Positions 35,723-46,279 of a stretch of DNA of 52,804 bases are shown in pieces; the stretch's first letter is position 1, and each line of letters starts with the position of its first letter. The stretch covers positions 1 through 52,804 of the forward strand of contig JAJZJN010000001.1 in assembly GCA_021851165.1 (NCBI GenBank), read 5' to 3'. The DNA is from Actinomycetes bacterium. Its GTDB lineage: Bacteria; Actinomycetota; Acidimicrobiia; Acidimicrobiales; JAJZJN01. The notes beneath the pieces are model-generated. The model saw only the letters and a list, made by a program, of their open reading frames with translations, was not told the origin of the DNA and ran no database searches. A program made the translations under genes and the position numbers.

Positions 35723-36961
35723 GTGGCTCTGTCGACAATCGCTCTCGCGTTCGGTCAGATAGGGCTCACGGCGTACGGGATGGCCGTAATGGCCAAGCTC
35801 AAGTCGACCGTGCTCGGACGGCGCTGGCTGACAGCCGAGCAGATGAACGAGGGACTGGCCTTGGTCCAGATCTACCCGGGACCGATCATGATCGATTTCA
35901 CCGCGTACGTCGGCTACCGCCTGCGAGGCGTCCGCGGAGCTATAGCCGCCACCCTGGGCTTTGTCACTCCGTCCTTCATCCTCATGGTGGCGCTGAGCGC
36001 CCTGTACTTTGCCGGGGCGAGCCTCGGGTGGGTGCGCGAGATGGTTCTGGGCCTCGACGCAATCGTGGTCGGCGTGGTCATGCACGTCACGCTGGACTTC
36101 GCGAAGCAGTACCTTGCGAGCACGTCGGCGGCAGCAGTGGCGATCCTGGCGTTCACTGCTGACATCTACGGTGTGAGCCCCGTGCTTGTCATCGTCGGCG
36201 CGCTCATGGCCGGGGCATTGTGGATGGCCCCGCGGGCACCAGCCGTCGATCCCACCCGCTCTCCGAGCCGTTCCGATCCCACCCGCTCTCCGAGCCGTTC
36301 CGATCCCACCGGCTCCCCGAGCCGAGCGCCAGGGCAGGCAGGGCAGGCACGACGGTGGCTCGCCATAGGCGCCCTCACCTCAGTGGTGATAGCCACAGCC
36401 ATCGTGTTGGTCCTCGCCGAGCCGCGGCGGTTGGCAACGATGGGGACCGGTCTTCTCGAGATCGGCGCTGTCGCATTCGGCAACGGGCTTACCATACTGC
36501 CACTCATAACGAACCTGGCCGTCGTCTCCCATCACTGGCTCACCCCAGGCGAGCTGAGCGCGGGGATCGCATTCGGCCAGGTGACACCAGGTCCCTTCCT
36601 CATAACGGCAGCCTTCATCGGCTACAAGCTCGCTGGCATTCCCGGAGCCGCTCTGGCCACCTTTGCGATCTTCTCGCCCTCGTTCGCCATGACGCTCGGC
36701 TTTACGGAGGTATCCGGTCCCCTCCAGAGATGGCGGCCCGTGCGCGGGGCGCTCGCCGGTGTGATGGCCGCGTTCGTCGGGCTCCTCAGCGCGATCATTC
36801 TCCAGCTCGGGCATCCCGTCATAGCCAGCCGTGCATCGACGGCTCTAGCAGGTGCAGCCCTGGTAGCAGCCCGAGCCTTCAAGCTCGACATGATCTGGGT
36901 GTTCGCGGGAGGTCTGGCCATCTGGGCTGCCGCATGGCAGCTGGGACTTCTCGGCCATTAG
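35723..36961 (+). CDS. chrA: Chromate ion transporter (two CHR domains)
   Basis: The two CHR halves are FGQIGLTAYGMAVMAKL...WLTAEQMNEGLALVQIYPGPIM and EIGAVAFGNGLTILPLI...WLTPGELSAGIAFGQVTPGPFL. The GTG at 35723 is preferred because third-position G/C between 35540 and 35650 is only about half, versus strongly G/C after 35723. The ORF-track start at 35540 is an alternative. Confidence 0.85.
   Translation: MALSTIALAFGQIGLTAYGMAVMAKLKSTVLGRRWLTAEQMNEGLALVQIYPGPIMIDFTAYVGYRLRGVRGAIAATLGFVTPSFILMVALSALYFAGASLGWVREMVLGLDAIVVGVVMHVTLDFAKQYLASTSAAAVAILAFTADIYGVSPVLVIVGALMAGALWMAPRAPAVDPTRSPSRSDPTRSPSRSDPTGSPSRAPGQAGQARRWLAIGALTSVVIATAIVLVLAEPRRLATMGTGLLEIGAVAFGNGLTILPLITNLAVVSHHWLTPGELSAGIAFGQVTPGPFLITAAFIGYKLAGIPGAALATFAIFSPSFAMTLGFTEVSGPLQRWRPVRGALAGVMAAFVGLLSAIILQLGHPVIASRASTALAGAALVAARAFKLDMIWVFAGGLAIWAAAWQLGLLGH
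36248..36324. repeat. 27-bp tandem repeat x2.9 in the chrA inter-domain linker
   Basis: gatcccacccgctctccgagccgttcc at 36248-36274 and 36275-36301, with a diverged third copy to 36324. It encodes DPTRSPSRS x3. Confidence 0.9.
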
Positions 36962-37007
36962 CCGGATCCAACATCCATCGACCTCACGCGCGTGCGATGC
37001 TTGGCCC

Positions 37008-37469
37008 ATGTGGCTGGACCATGCCGGATCGGAGATCCTCGAACGTCCCGAGTGCCTGCGCCTACTGGCCCTCGGCGCCAAACACCAGTTGGTGGGCCGG
37101 GTAGGTTTCGTCGTGCCCCATCCCGACGGATCCACCCACGCTCCGATCATCCTGCCGGTCAACTTCGCCCAGGTCGAGGGAGAGCTCGTGGTGCGCTCGG
37201 GTGAAGGCCTGAAGAGCAGCGCCACGGACGGTGCCCTGGTGGCATTCGAGGTCGACAGCGCGGATCACGTCGAGCAGGTTGCATGGAGCGTCCTGGTCCG
37301 CGGGCTCGGGACAGTGTGGCATCCGGACCGGATGGCTCCCGAGGACCTCGGACGCCTGCCTCATCCACTCGTCCCTAGAGCAGGTGACCGCCTACTTCAC
37401 ATCCGCGCCGACCTCGTGACCGGCCGCCGCTTCGCGCTCCATGGCGCGGCAACGGAGCCAGAGCACTAG
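37008..37469 (+). CDS. Pyridoxamine 5'-phosphate oxidase-family (Pyridox_ox_2 type) flavin/deazaflavin-binding protein
   Basis: ECLRLLALGAKHQLVGRVGFV...PIILPVNFAQVEGELVVRSGEGLK...VAFEVD...WSVLVRG follows the family pattern. It is a paralogue of 43203-43670. Confidence 0.8.
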   Translation: MWLDHAGSEILERPECLRLLALGAKHQLVGRVGFVVPHPDGSTHAPIILPVNFAQVEGELVVRSGEGLKSSATDGALVAFEVDSADHVEQVAWSVLVRGLGTVWHPDRMAPEDLGRLPHPLVPRAGDRLLHIRADLVTGRRFALHGAATEPEH

Positions 37470-37470
37470 G

Positions 37471-39597
37471 GTGGGCGAACCGACTGACGCCGGCTCGATG
37501 CCCGATTCCACCGCTGCTACGACGCGCGCGGACGGGTCGTCGTCACCATGGGTAATCGTGGTATCAGACGGGCCGCGATCAAGACGCAGGGTCGAGGAGA
37601 GTTGGCTATGCCTTGCGGACGGCCACTTCGGCACGCGCGGCAGCCTTGAGGAGGACGGCCCCGATGCTGCTCCTGCCGTCGTGGCCGCATCGGTCTACGA
37701 GCGCCATGCCGACGGGACGATATCTCTTCTCCAAGGGCCGGGGTGGACAACGCTACCCTTACCAGCCGGATCACCCAGCGGCAGCCGGGAGCTCGACATG
37801 AGCACCGGTATCCTCTCCAGAACGCTCCCGTACGGTAGCGCGGGCTGGCTGAGAACGATCCGTCTCTCAAGCCTCGCGCGCCCTGGCACGATGATCCTGT
37901 TGGCAGACCTGCCCCCAGGCTATGAGCCCACCGGCGAGGTCGAAGTGCATGCCTGCGCCTCGACCCTCGGCGGAGGGATAGCCCTCGCGATCTCCGACTA
38001 TGTCGAGGCGCTACCACCAGGGCTGCTGCCACCCATGCCAGGCGCCCCTGCGTCTTCCCAGCAGTGCTCCCGCCAGTCCGTCGTGCGCATCGCGTGCTAC
38101 GACGCTGCCTCATCACGCAGGCCCTCTGTCACTCGGGCCCGTCGCCGCCTTGCGGCCGCACGGGCGCTCGGCCCGTATGCCCTCGTGGCGGAGCATACGA
38201 CAGCCTGGGCGTCGCGTTGGGAGGACGCGAACGTCGAGATAACCGGAGACGAAGAGCTCTCGCGAGCTGTTCGGTTCTCCCTGTTCCACCTCATGGCATC
38301 TGTCGCCAGCCGGGGCGAGGCACCAGTCGGTGCCCGCGGCCTGAGTGGGCTCGCCTATGCAGGCCATGTGTTTTGGGATGCCGACGTGTTCGTGCTGCCG
38401 TTCCTCGCTGCCACGCATCCGCCCTCTGCACGCGCGATGCTCGAGTACCGCATCAGGCGCCTACCTCAGGCGCGGGATGCCGCCATCGGCAGTGGCCGTC
38501 GAGGGGCACGCTTCCCATGGGAGTCCGCGCACGACGGGACGGACGTGACGCCGCGGTCGGGAATCGACGAGCACGGGACGGTAGTTCCGATATTGACCGG
38601 GGATCTCGAGGAGCACATCGTCGCCGACGTCGCATGGGCAGCCTGGCAGCTTGCATCATGGTCGGGATCCTGGCGGTTCCTCGACGGTCCGGGCGGCCCT
38701 CTCGTGGTCGACACGGCGCGCTACTGGGCAAGCAGGGCTCGCCTCGATGCCGACGGCCGTGCCCACATAGACCATGTGATCGGGCCCGACGAGTACCACG
38801 AGGGTGTGGATGACGATGCCTTTACCAATCTGATGGCGGCATGGAATCTCCGCCGAGGAGCCGAGCTGCTGGAGCGCACCGGGGGCTCAGCCGAGCATGC
38901 CGAGGCTGCCCGCTTCAAAGAGCTCGCCGGGGCGATGGTGGACGGCTACAGTCAGGACAGCGGGATCTACGAGCAGTTCACCGGCTACGCCAAGCTCGAG
39001 GCCATCATGGCCACCGACCTGGGGACGCCACCTGTAGCTGCCGACTTGGTCCTCGGACGCGAGCGGCTGGAGCAATCCCAGATCATCAAGCAGGCCGACG
39101 TGCTCATGGCGCACCACATGATCCCTGCAAGCATGAGAGCTGGCTCGCTCGCGGCCAACCTCGATTACTACCTTCCTCGCACTGCGCATGGCAGCTCGCT
39201 GTCGCCATCGGTTCATTCGAGCCTCCTGGCCAGATGCGGGCGCCTTGACGAAGCCGTCTCGCTGCTGCAGCTCGCGTGCGACATCGACCTCACAGACCTG
39301 ACAGGCAGTACCGCCGGTGGCCTCCACATGGCCAACATGGGCGGGATATGGCAGGCATTGGTCATCGGCTTCGCCGGTATCCAGCCCGAGCGACCCGACG
39401 AGAACACACTTCGGATCGATCCTCACATCCCGGAGCAGTGGGGGGAGCTCAGGATGCGCATTCGCTGGCACAACCGCCGGCTGTCGCTGCGGTGCTCCGC
39501 GGATTCCCTATACGTCGGATGCGACCGGGCAGTACCGGTCCAAGTGGCCGGTCGCCATCGTATTGTCGTCCAGCCTCCAGGAAGGTGGTTCAGATGA
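37471..39597 (+). CDS. Glycoside hydrolase family 65 protein (maltose/trehalose/kojibiose phosphorylase-like)
   Basis: VRFSLFHLMAS...GLSGLAYAGHVFWDADVFVLPFL...MLEYRIRRLPQARDAA...GARFPWES and HIVADVAWA...IGPDEYHEGVDDDAFTN are GH65 catalytic-domain signatures. The start is uncertain: GTG at 37471 just after the upstream TAG, or 37441 / 37498. Confidence 0.85.
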   Translation: MGEPTDAGSMPDSTAATTRADGSSSPWVIVVSDGPRSRRRVEESWLCLADGHFGTRGSLEEDGPDAAPAVVAASVYERHADGTISLLQGPGWTTLPLPAGSPSGSRELDMSTGILSRTLPYGSAGWLRTIRLSSLARPGTMILLADLPPGYEPTGEVEVHACASTLGGGIALAISDYVEALPPGLLPPMPGAPASSQQCSRQSVVRIACYDAASSRRPSVTRARRRLAAARALGPYALVAEHTTAWASRWEDANVEITGDEELSRAVRFSLFHLMASVASRGEAPVGARGLSGLAYAGHVFWDADVFVLPFLAATHPPSARAMLEYRIRRLPQARDAAIGSGRRGARFPWESAHDGTDVTPRSGIDEHGTVVPILTGDLEEHIVADVAWAAWQLASWSGSWRFLDGPGGPLVVDTARYWASRARLDADGRAHIDHVIGPDEYHEGVDDDAFTNLMAAWNLRRGAELLERTGGSAEHAEAARFKELAGAMVDGYSQDSGIYEQFTGYAKLEAIMATDLGTPPVAADLVLGRERLEQSQIIKQADVLMAHHMIPASMRAGSLAANLDYYLPRTAHGSSLSPSVHSSLLARCGRLDEAVSLLQLACDIDLTDLTGSTAGGLHMANMGGIWQALVIGFAGIQPERPDENTLRIDPHIPEQWGELRMRIRWHNRRLSLRCSADSLYVGCDRAVPVQVAGRHRIVVQPPGRWFR

Positions 39598-40355
39598 GTG
39601 ATGCCCCCGCCGACCGGGATCGGAACGGACCGGACGATCACACAACCCCCGAGAGCGAGAACAGCGCTCAGCTACCGGCAGGTGACCTGACAGTTGCCTC
39701 GTGGGGCAACGCCAGCCTGACCCGGTGGCAACCGGCCATCGATGCCGTCGCACAGATGCTGGGCTTGAACCCCGTTACCGGTCCATGCTTCGACGCACCA
39801 ACGGGGTCCAGGAACGGCGAGGGTGACACCATGCTAGGCCTTGCCGCGTCGCTTCCAGGCCCGGTGCTCGTTCTTCCCCCCCGGGGAGCGGGCAACGCTA
39901 GCGCGGTCCAGGGATCTACACAGGCCACGCCCGGCAGCACGCTATCCCGGGTGCTCGTGCCCGTCGACGGCACAGAGCCGGTCATAGAACGCGTCCGGCA
40001 TTTCCTAGGTCACCTGGGCAAGTCCCTTGAGGGAGTCGTGCTCCTGCACGTCTTGTCGGAGTCCACCCGGCCACGGTTGTGGGAGGGGGCCGGGTACAAC
40101 GCCGAGGCATGGCTGGAAGAGCTGAGCCGCCGGCATGGCGTGGGAGTCGGATCCATAGAGGTGCGCACCGGGGAACCTGCTGACGTCATCGAGGAGCGGT
40201 CACATGATGCCGACCTCATTGCCTTGGCATGGCAGGGCGACATCACCTCAGGCAAAGCAGCCTTGGCAAGGGCCCTGATCGAGCGGGTCGACGTGCCGGT
40301 CCTGCTCCTGCCCTTCGCCCCTATCGGCGAGTCCGGCACGCTGCCTGGCAGCTGA
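39594..40355 (+). CDS. Hypothetical protein with a degenerate C-terminal USP-like domain
   Basis: ATGA overlap with the GH65 stop (39594-39597). The C-terminal RVLVPVDGTEP...VVLLHV...DLIALAWQGDITSGKAALARALIERVDVPVLLLP has the USP topology but lacks the Gly-rich ATP motif. The N-terminal ~120 aa are unassigned. Confidence 0.6.
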   Translation: MSDAPADRDRNGPDDHTTPESENSAQLPAGDLTVASWGNASLTRWQPAIDAVAQMLGLNPVTGPCFDAPTGSRNGEGDTMLGLAASLPGPVLVLPPRGAGNASAVQGSTQATPGSTLSRVLVPVDGTEPVIERVRHFLGHLGKSLEGVVLLHVLSESTRPRLWEGAGYNAEAWLEELSRRHGVGVGSIEVRTGEPADVIEERSHDADLIALAWQGDITSGKAALARALIERVDVPVLLLPFAPIGESGTLPGS

Positions 40356-40371
40356 GCCGGCTCAGGCCCGC

Positions 40372-40896
40372 TCAATCCTCCTCGCCGTGGACCACCACTA
40401 CCGGGCAGTGCGCGTGGTGGACGCACTGAGAGCTCACCGAACCGAGCAGAAGACCGACGAACCCGCCCCTGCCGCGGCTTCCGACCACGAGCATCTCGGC
40501 ACCCTTGGAACGCTCGATAAGCACTGGCGCCGCCGGCCCTTCGACCACCGTCTCGGTAATGGTGAGGCCTGAGCCTTCCACCTCCGACAGAGCATCGGCG
40601 AGCTCGGCCTTCACGTCTGTCTCCATCTGGACTGCCGCGTCGCCTATTCCTTCCCCGGCTGGAAGCATCGCGAAGTCGACAGGAACCTGCCAGGCAGCCA
40701 CCGCATCCAACGACGCGTGCCGGTAGCCCGCCTCCTCCACTGCCCAGGCGAGCGCCTGCCTCGATGTAGGCGAGCCATCGACGCCGACCACGATCCTTCC
40801 ACCTCCGCGGAGCGCCGCGCCTGGCTCCTCGCTCCGCCCGCCTGCTGGCTCAGGGGCCGCTGAACCTGCCTCGTTGCCATAGCTGCCATCCACCAT
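40372..40896 (-). CDS. Universal stress protein (UspA family)
   Basis: IVVGVDGSPTSRQALAWA and MLVVGSRGRGGFVGLLLGSVSSQCVHHAHCPVVVV. It is a paralogue of 30184-30690. GAGGGAG lies 8 nt upstream of the ATG at 40894-40896. Confidence 0.9.
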   Translation of the reverse strand: MVDGSYGNEAGSAAPEPAGGRSEEPGAALRGGGRIVVGVDGSPTSRQALAWAVEEAGYRHASLDAVAAWQVPVDFAMLPAGEGIGDAAVQMETDVKAELADALSEVEGSGLTITETVVEGPAAPVLIERSKGAEMLVVGSRGRGGFVGLLLGSVSSQCVHHAHCPVVVVHGEED

Positions 40897-41132
40897 GAAC
40901 GCATCTCCCTCGGTCGCCAATGAATACAGGATGCCAGGTTCGCGCGGAAGCTGTTGGCCGTGCCGGTTGTCGAAAATGGAGCGGTGGCACCACGGGCTTC
41001 TTGCACACGCCGGCCCGGCGGGCTACTAGCGTGGGTAGGTATGGATAACTGCGACACGCCGGCAGCCAGCTGGGCGACCAGGAGCCCGGTGCGCGTCGCT
41101 CGCGGCGTTGATCATCCGGCGGTGGCTCCTCG

Positions 41133-43193
41133 GTGACCAGGCAGGCCCTTCCGCCTCCCGATGGAGCCAAGCCACAGGGCACTGCGCCGCCACCCCCGCC
41201 CGGGTGGCGCCATTGGCTACTCCCGATCGCCTTCGGTATCACCCTCCTGTTATGGATAGTGCTGCCGACATTGCACACCACCCCGCCGGTCAACCTCACC
41301 TATTCGCAGTTCCTCCACGATGTCTCCGCGCACGAGGTGCGCAGCGTCACCATCGCGTCAAACGGCACCGCTACGGGCAAGCTCGCCAAGGGGCGCTCCT
41401 ACACCACCGTCATCCCAGTCGAGTTGGCCAGATCCTCCCTCCTCACGGAGCTCCAGGCGGCGAAGGTGTCAATAGACGCCAGCGTGGCAGGGCCGTCGTT
41501 CGGTTCCGAGGTGATCACCTGGCTGATCCTTCTGGGTCCGTTCGTGATAATCATCTGGTTCTGGGTCCGCCTGTCCCGACAAGGGGGCGGCGGCGCTCTC
41601 GGCGGGGCTCTGAGCGTCGGGCGATCGAAGGCCAAGGTGTTCGATGCCGAGAGGCCCTCCACGACCTTCGCAGACGTGGCTGGATACGAGGGAGCAAAGG
41701 CAGAGATAGCCGAGGTGGTCGACTTCCTTCGCAACCCGGAGCGCTACAGGCGCGCCGGGGCAGTGGCGCCGCGCGGAGTGCTGATGGTCGGACCCCCCGG
41801 CACCGGCAAGACCCTGCTGGCCCGCGCAGTGGCAGGCGAGGCGGCGGTGCCGTTCTTCTCGGTTGCGGGATCCAGCTTCGTCGAGATGTACGTCGGCGTG
41901 GGAGCAGCGCGCGTCCGCGATCTGTTCACCGAAGCGGCAAAGCGGGCTCCGGCCATAGTGTTCGTCGACGAGGTCGATGCCATAGGTCAGCGGCGCTCGG
42001 GCCAAGGGGCCATGGTATCCAACGACGAGCGCGAGCAGACGCTGAACCAGCTGCTATCGGAGATGGACGGGTTCGACCCAGCCGAGGGCATCGTCGTCCT
42101 GGCAGCTACGAACCGCCCGGAGATCCTCGACCCCGCCCTGCTGCGCCCCGGTCGCTTCGATCGCCAGGTGATCATCCCACTGCCCACGCTAGGTGAGCGC
42201 CGAGCCATACTGGCAGTTCATTGCAAGGGAAAGACTCTTGGCCCCGACGTGGACCTGGACGTGGTCGCACGGGGAACCCCGGGCTTCTCAGGGGCAGATC
42301 TGGCCAACCTCGCCAACGAGGCAGCGATAGTCGCCGTTCGAAACAACAGGCATATCCTCGCCGCATCCGACTTCGACCAGGCACGCGACCGCATCCTCCT
42401 CGGCAGGCGCGAGGGCTCGAACGTGCTGCTTCCCGAGGAGAAGCACGCTGTCGCCATACACGAGTCAGGACACGCCATCGTGGCTGCATTGTGCCCTAAC
42501 GCAGATCCTGTGGCGAAGGTCACGATCCTGCCTGCCGGCCAGGCGCTCGGCGTGACCGAGCAGCTCCCGCTGGTCGAGCGGCACTTGTACTCCGAGGACT
42601 ACCTGAACGACTCGCTTGCGGTACGACTCGGCGGGCGCGCCGCGGAGCTAGTAGAGCTTGGCCAGGGTTCTACCGGCGCGGCAAACGATCTTGCCCAGGC
42701 GACCGACCTGGCCACGAAGATGGTACGAGAGTTCGGTCTATCCAAGGCGCTAGGTCCCGTCGGCTACCCGAGCGGCGGGTCGGTTTTCCTGGGGGGCGGT
42801 GGGTCCGAGTTCTCGAGTCGGCCTTTTGCGGAAACCACCCAGGCAACCATCGACGCCGAAGTGTCCCGGCTGGTCAAGGATGCCGAGGACCGTGCGGTCA
42901 GCCTGCTGAAAGCCCATAGGAGCGCGCTTGGCAAGCTGGTCAAGCTCCTCCTCGAGCAGGAGACCGTGGATGGCTCTGCCGTCTATCATCTGGTCGGCAC
43001 GAAGCCGTCCGGCTCCCCCCAGCCACCTCGCACCGTGGCGCCGGGATCGTCCCGCGTGCCGGCAAACACCCACGCCGCCAGCGCCAGCCGTGCCTCGAGC
43101 ACTTCCAACCAAGAACCGAGCGCCCAATCGGCACCCCATGCACCCCATGCACCCCATGCACCCCATGTGGAAGACTCCCAAGTTACAGACTGA
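41133..43193 (+). CDS. ftsH: ATP-dependent zinc metalloprotease FtsH
   Basis: Two N-terminal TM helices, AAA+ Walker [19 protein letters not shown], Walker [10 protein letters not shown], an SRH region, and the HEXXH motif HESGHAIVA. The C-terminal tail contains (HAP)4. Confidence 0.95.
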   Translation: MTRQALPPPDGAKPQGTAPPPPPGWRHWLLPIAFGITLLLWIVLPTLHTTPPVNLTYSQFLHDVSAHEVRSVTIASNGTATGKLAKGRSYTTVIPVELARSSLLTELQAAKVSIDASVAGPSFGSEVITWLILLGPFVIIIWFWVRLSRQGGGGALGGALSVGRSKAKVFDAERPSTTFADVAGYEGAKAEIAEVVDFLRNPERYRRAGAVAPRGVLMVGPPGTGKTLLARAVAGEAAVPFFSVAGSSFVEMYVGVGAARVRDLFTEAAKRAPAIVFVDEVDAIGQRRSGQGAMVSNDEREQTLNQLLSEMDGFDPAEGIVVLAATNRPEILDPALLRPGRFDRQVIIPLPTLGERRAILAVHCKGKTLGPDVDLDVVARGTPGFSGADLANLANEAAIVAVRNNRHILAASDFDQARDRILLGRREGSNVLLPEEKHAVAIHESGHAIVAALCPNADPVAKVTILPAGQALGVTEQLPLVERHLYSEDYLNDSLAVRLGGRAAELVELGQGSTGAANDLAQATDLATKMVREFGLSKALGPVGYPSGGSVFLGGGGSEFSSRPFAETTQATIDAEVSRLVKDAEDRAVSLLKAHRSALGKLVKLLLEQETVDGSAVYHLVGTKPSGSPQPPRTVAPGSSRVPANTHAASASRASSTSNQEPSAQSAPHAPHAPHAPHVEDSQVTD
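43131..43166. repeat. 9-bp tandem repeat gcaccccat x4 (FtsH C-terminal tail)
   Basis: Units at 43131, 43140, 43149 and 43158. It encodes [12 protein letters not shown]. Confidence 0.9.
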
Positions 43194-43202
43194 GGTCCGC
43201 TC

Positions 43203-43670
43203 ATGAGCTTCGCCCACTTAGCCACAATCGAGGAGATGTCCGAGGAGGACTGCCGTTCCCACCTCGCCGCCGGCAGGCTCGGCCGTCTGGCCGTCCAGGC
43301 GGGCGACCATCCCGAGATATTCCCCGTGTCATACGTCTTCGACGGGACGAGCATCATATTCCGCACCGAGCCCGGCACCAAGCTCTCGGCTGCTTCTATG
43401 GCGAAGGTGGCCTTCGAGATAGACGAGGTCGACAGGACGGCCGGCACGGGTTGGAGCGTCATGGCCAAGGGAACGGCCTTCGACGTGACGGACTCCATCG
43501 ACCCGGCATCGCAGGCCGCGAGGACTACCCCGATCGACTCCCCTGTCGCAGCCGACGACGCTCATTGGGTGAGGATTTCTCGCCTCGTTCTGTCGGGTCG
43601 TCACCTGGAACTGCTTACCCCAGCAGGAAGCGAGTCCCCCTCCGAGCCTGGCTCGACTCCTGCTGGCTGA
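43203..43670 (+). CDS. Pyridoxamine 5'-phosphate oxidase-family protein (paralogue of 37008-37469)
   Basis: EDCRSHLAAGRLGRLAV...PEIFPVSYVFDGTSIIFRTEPGTKL...VAFEIDEVD...GWSVMAKG follows the same family pattern. It starts 9 nt after the ftsH stop. Confidence 0.8.
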   Translation: MSFAHLATIEEMSEEDCRSHLAAGRLGRLAVQAGDHPEIFPVSYVFDGTSIIFRTEPGTKLSAASMAKVAFEIDEVDRTAGTGWSVMAKGTAFDVTDSIDPASQAARTTPIDSPVAADDAHWVRISRLVLSGRHLELLTPAGSESPSEPGSTPAG

Positions 43671-43740
43671 CCACAGACCGGCCGATCGACGACCTAGGGT
43701 TACCAATGACTCGAGTCGCCTGCCGGTAATTGCGTCTCAT

Positions 43741-43786
43741 CCACTACGTTCGAGTGGGCCAGTTCGAGTGGGCCACTACGTTCGAG
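43741..43786. promoter_or_regulatory. Nested direct repeats upstream of xfp: CCACTACGTTCGAG (x2, 32 bp apart) flanking tandem GTTCGAGTGGGCCA (x2)
   Basis: CCACTACGTTCGAG at 43741-43754 and 43773-43786. GTTCGAGTGGGCCA at 43748-43761 and 43762-43775. The element lies 52-97 nt upstream of the xfp ATG. Confidence 0.4.
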
Positions 43787-43837
43787 ACGGTAGCTGGCTT
43801 GTAGCAGGCCAGTGCGTTGGAACCGAGAGGAGCTGCC

Positions 43838-46225
43838 ATGACATCAGCCACCGATCCGCCGAGCTCGTCGGGGAACGGCCCCTTGGATGCAGAGGAGCTG
43901 GCGTCTCTCGATCTGTGGTGGCGAGCCGCCAACTACCTCTCCGCCGGGCAGATCTTCCTGGTTGACAATGCGCTTCTCACAGAGAAGCTCCTACCCGACC
44001 ACATCAAGCCCAGGCTGCTTGGCCACTGGGGCACCACTCCTGGGCTGAACCTCCTTTACGCGCATGCCAGCCGTCTCGTCGCCAAGCGCGACCTCGACGC
44101 GATGTTCGTCACGGGACCCGGGCACGGGGGCCCGGCTCTGGTGGCAAGCACCTACATCGAGGGCAGCTATACCGAGCGCTATCCGAGCATTGGCGTCGAC
44201 GCCGACGGCCTTCACAGGCTGTTCCGCCAGTTCTCGTTCCCCGGTGGGATCCCGAGCCACGTCGCGCCGGAGACCCCAGGCTCGATCAACGAAGGGGGCG
44301 AGCTCGGCTATTCCCTGCTGCACGCCTATGGTGCCGCATTCGATAATCCCGATCTGGTCGTCTTCTGCGTAGTCGGCGACGGCGAGGCCGAGACCGGTCC
44401 CCTCGCCACCAGCTGGCAGTCGAACAAGGTCCTAGACCCTGCCCGTGACGGGGCCGTTCTCCCGATCTTGCACCTTAACGGCTACAAGATCGCAGCACCC
44501 ACCCTCCTTGCACGCATCCCCCCCGGCGAGCTGGATGAATTCTTGCGCGGGTGCGGCTACGACCCCCTGGTAGTGGAGGGCAACGAGCCGGAGCCGGTCC
44601 ACCAGCAGCTGGCTGCCGCCCTCGAATCCGCCCTCGACCGGATCTTCCAGATCCAGCACAACGCCCGCACGCGCGGTGTCGGCTCACGTCCTGCATGGCC
44701 GATGGTCGTCTTGCGCACACCCAAGGGGTGGACCGGTCCGAAGGTGGTCGATGGTGAGCCGGTGGAGGGAACCTTCCGGGCCCACCAGGTTCCGCTGCCC
44801 CTGGCGCGAACCGACCCCGTCCAGCTCGGCCAGCTCGAAGACTGGATGCGAAGCTACAAGCCCGAAGAGCTCTTCGACGCGCGAGGCGCTCTGCGGCCCG
44901 AAGCTCGTGCCCTGGCTCCGAAGGGAGACCGGCGGATGGGGGCCAACCCCCATACCAACGGCGGCAAGCTCCTTCGCGAGCTGACACTCCCCGATCTGGA
45001 TGCCTACGGCGTGCAAGTCGACTCCGCGGGAAAGCCCGAGGTGGAACCAACGCGGATCCTGGGCACCTGGCTTCGTGACGTGATGTCGGCCAACCCCGAC
45101 AACTTCCGGGTGTTCGGGCCCGACGAGACCGCCTCGAACAGGCTGACAGCCCTGTTCGAGGTGACCGACCGCACCTGGATGGCCGAGCGGGTCGCAGCCG
45201 ACGACCATCTCGCCCCCGACGGGCGCGTCATGGAGGTTCTCTCCGAGCACTGCTGCGAAGGCTGGCTCGAGGGCTACCTGCTGAGTGGTCGCCACGGTCT
45301 GTTCAACTGCTACGAGGCCTTCATCCACATCGTGGACTCGATGTTCAACCAGCATGCCAAGTGGCTGAAGGTCTGCCACGAGATCCCCTGGCGGGAGCCC
45401 ATAGCTTCACTCAACTACCTCCTCAGCTCCCACGTCTGGCGTCAGGACCACAACGGCTTCTCCCATCAGGATCCGGGATTCATAGACCATGTCGTCAACA
45501 AGAAGGCCTCAGTCGTGCGCGTCTACCTACCGCCAGACGCGAACTGCCTCCTCGCCGTAGGCCGGCACTGCCTCGCAAGCCGCAACCGGGTGAACGTGAT
45601 AGTGGCAGGCAAGCAGCCGAACCCGACCTGGCTTACGCTCGACGAGGCCATTGCACACTGCGAGCGTGGCGCCGGCATCTGGGAGTTCGCGAGCACGGAC
45701 AACGGTGGAGATCCCGACGTCGTACTCGCGTGCGCCGGTGACGTCCCCACGCTCGAGACGTTGGCCGCTGCCGAGATACTGCGCAACAGCCTTCCCGAGC
45801 TTCGCGTGAGAGTCGTGAACGTCGTCGACCTGATGCGCCTGGAGCCTCCGACTGAGCATCCACACGGCCTGCCGGACCCCGCGTTCGACGACCTGTTCAC
45901 CACCGACAAGCCTGTCCTGTTCGCCTACCATGGCTACCCCTGGCTCATTCACCGGCTCACCTACCGCCGCACGAATCACGACAACATCCATGTGCGCGGG
46001 TACAAGGAGGAGGGCACGACCACCACGCCGTTCGACATGGTCATGCTGAACGACCTCGACCGGTTTCACCTCGTGATGGACGTGATCGATCGAGTCCCAG
46101 GCCTTGGCCAACGTGCTGCCGCACTCCGCCAGGAGGTCACAGACCTGCGGACGGAAGCCCGTGCCTACACCCGCGAGTTCGGTGACGACATTCCCGCGGT
46201 GAGGGACTGGACATGGACGGGATAG
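43838..46225 (+). CDS. xfp: Xylulose-5-phosphate/fructose-6-phosphate phosphoketolase
   Basis: [18 protein letters not shown]...L....[16 protein letters not shown] and the EGGELGYSL signature. GAGAGGAG lies 5-6 nt upstream of the ATG at 43838. Confidence 0.95.
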   Translation: MTSATDPPSSSGNGPLDAEELASLDLWWRAANYLSAGQIFLVDNALLTEKLLPDHIKPRLLGHWGTTPGLNLLYAHASRLVAKRDLDAMFVTGPGHGGPALVASTYIEGSYTERYPSIGVDADGLHRLFRQFSFPGGIPSHVAPETPGSINEGGELGYSLLHAYGAAFDNPDLVVFCVVGDGEAETGPLATSWQSNKVLDPARDGAVLPILHLNGYKIAAPTLLARIPPGELDEFLRGCGYDPLVVEGNEPEPVHQQLAAALESALDRIFQIQHNARTRGVGSRPAWPMVVLRTPKGWTGPKVVDGEPVEGTFRAHQVPLPLARTDPVQLGQLEDWMRSYKPEELFDARGALRPEARALAPKGDRRMGANPHTNGGKLLRELTLPDLDAYGVQVDSAGKPEVEPTRILGTWLRDVMSANPDNFRVFGPDETASNRLTALFEVTDRTWMAERVAADDHLAPDGRVMEVLSEHCCEGWLEGYLLSGRHGLFNCYEAFIHIVDSMFNQHAKWLKVCHEIPWREPIASLNYLLSSHVWRQDHNGFSHQDPGFIDHVVNKKASVVRVYLPPDANCLLAVGRHCLASRNRVNVIVAGKQPNPTWLTLDEAIAHCERGAGIWEFASTDNGGDPDVVLACAGDVPTLETLAAAEILRNSLPELRVRVVNVVDLMRLEPPTEHPHGLPDPAFDDLFTTDKPVLFAYHGYPWLIHRLTYRRTNHDNIHVRGYKEEGTTTTPFDMVMLNDLDRFHLVMDVIDRVPGLGQRAAALRQEVTDLRTEARAYTREFGDDIPAVRDWTWTG

Positions 46226-46279
46226 CTCGCGACGCAGTAGTAACCGCCAAGCACGTGTGGTCGCCTGGCTCCGACGCGG

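Noticed and set aside
41108-42196. 362-aa plus-strand ORF overlapping the ftsH 5' half, and minus-strand ORFs 40644-41299 in the USP/ftsH intergenic region.
   Set aside because: These are alternate frames of ftsH or span an intergenic region. Their translations are low-complexity Arg/Gly/Pro with no ribosome-binding site or motif support.
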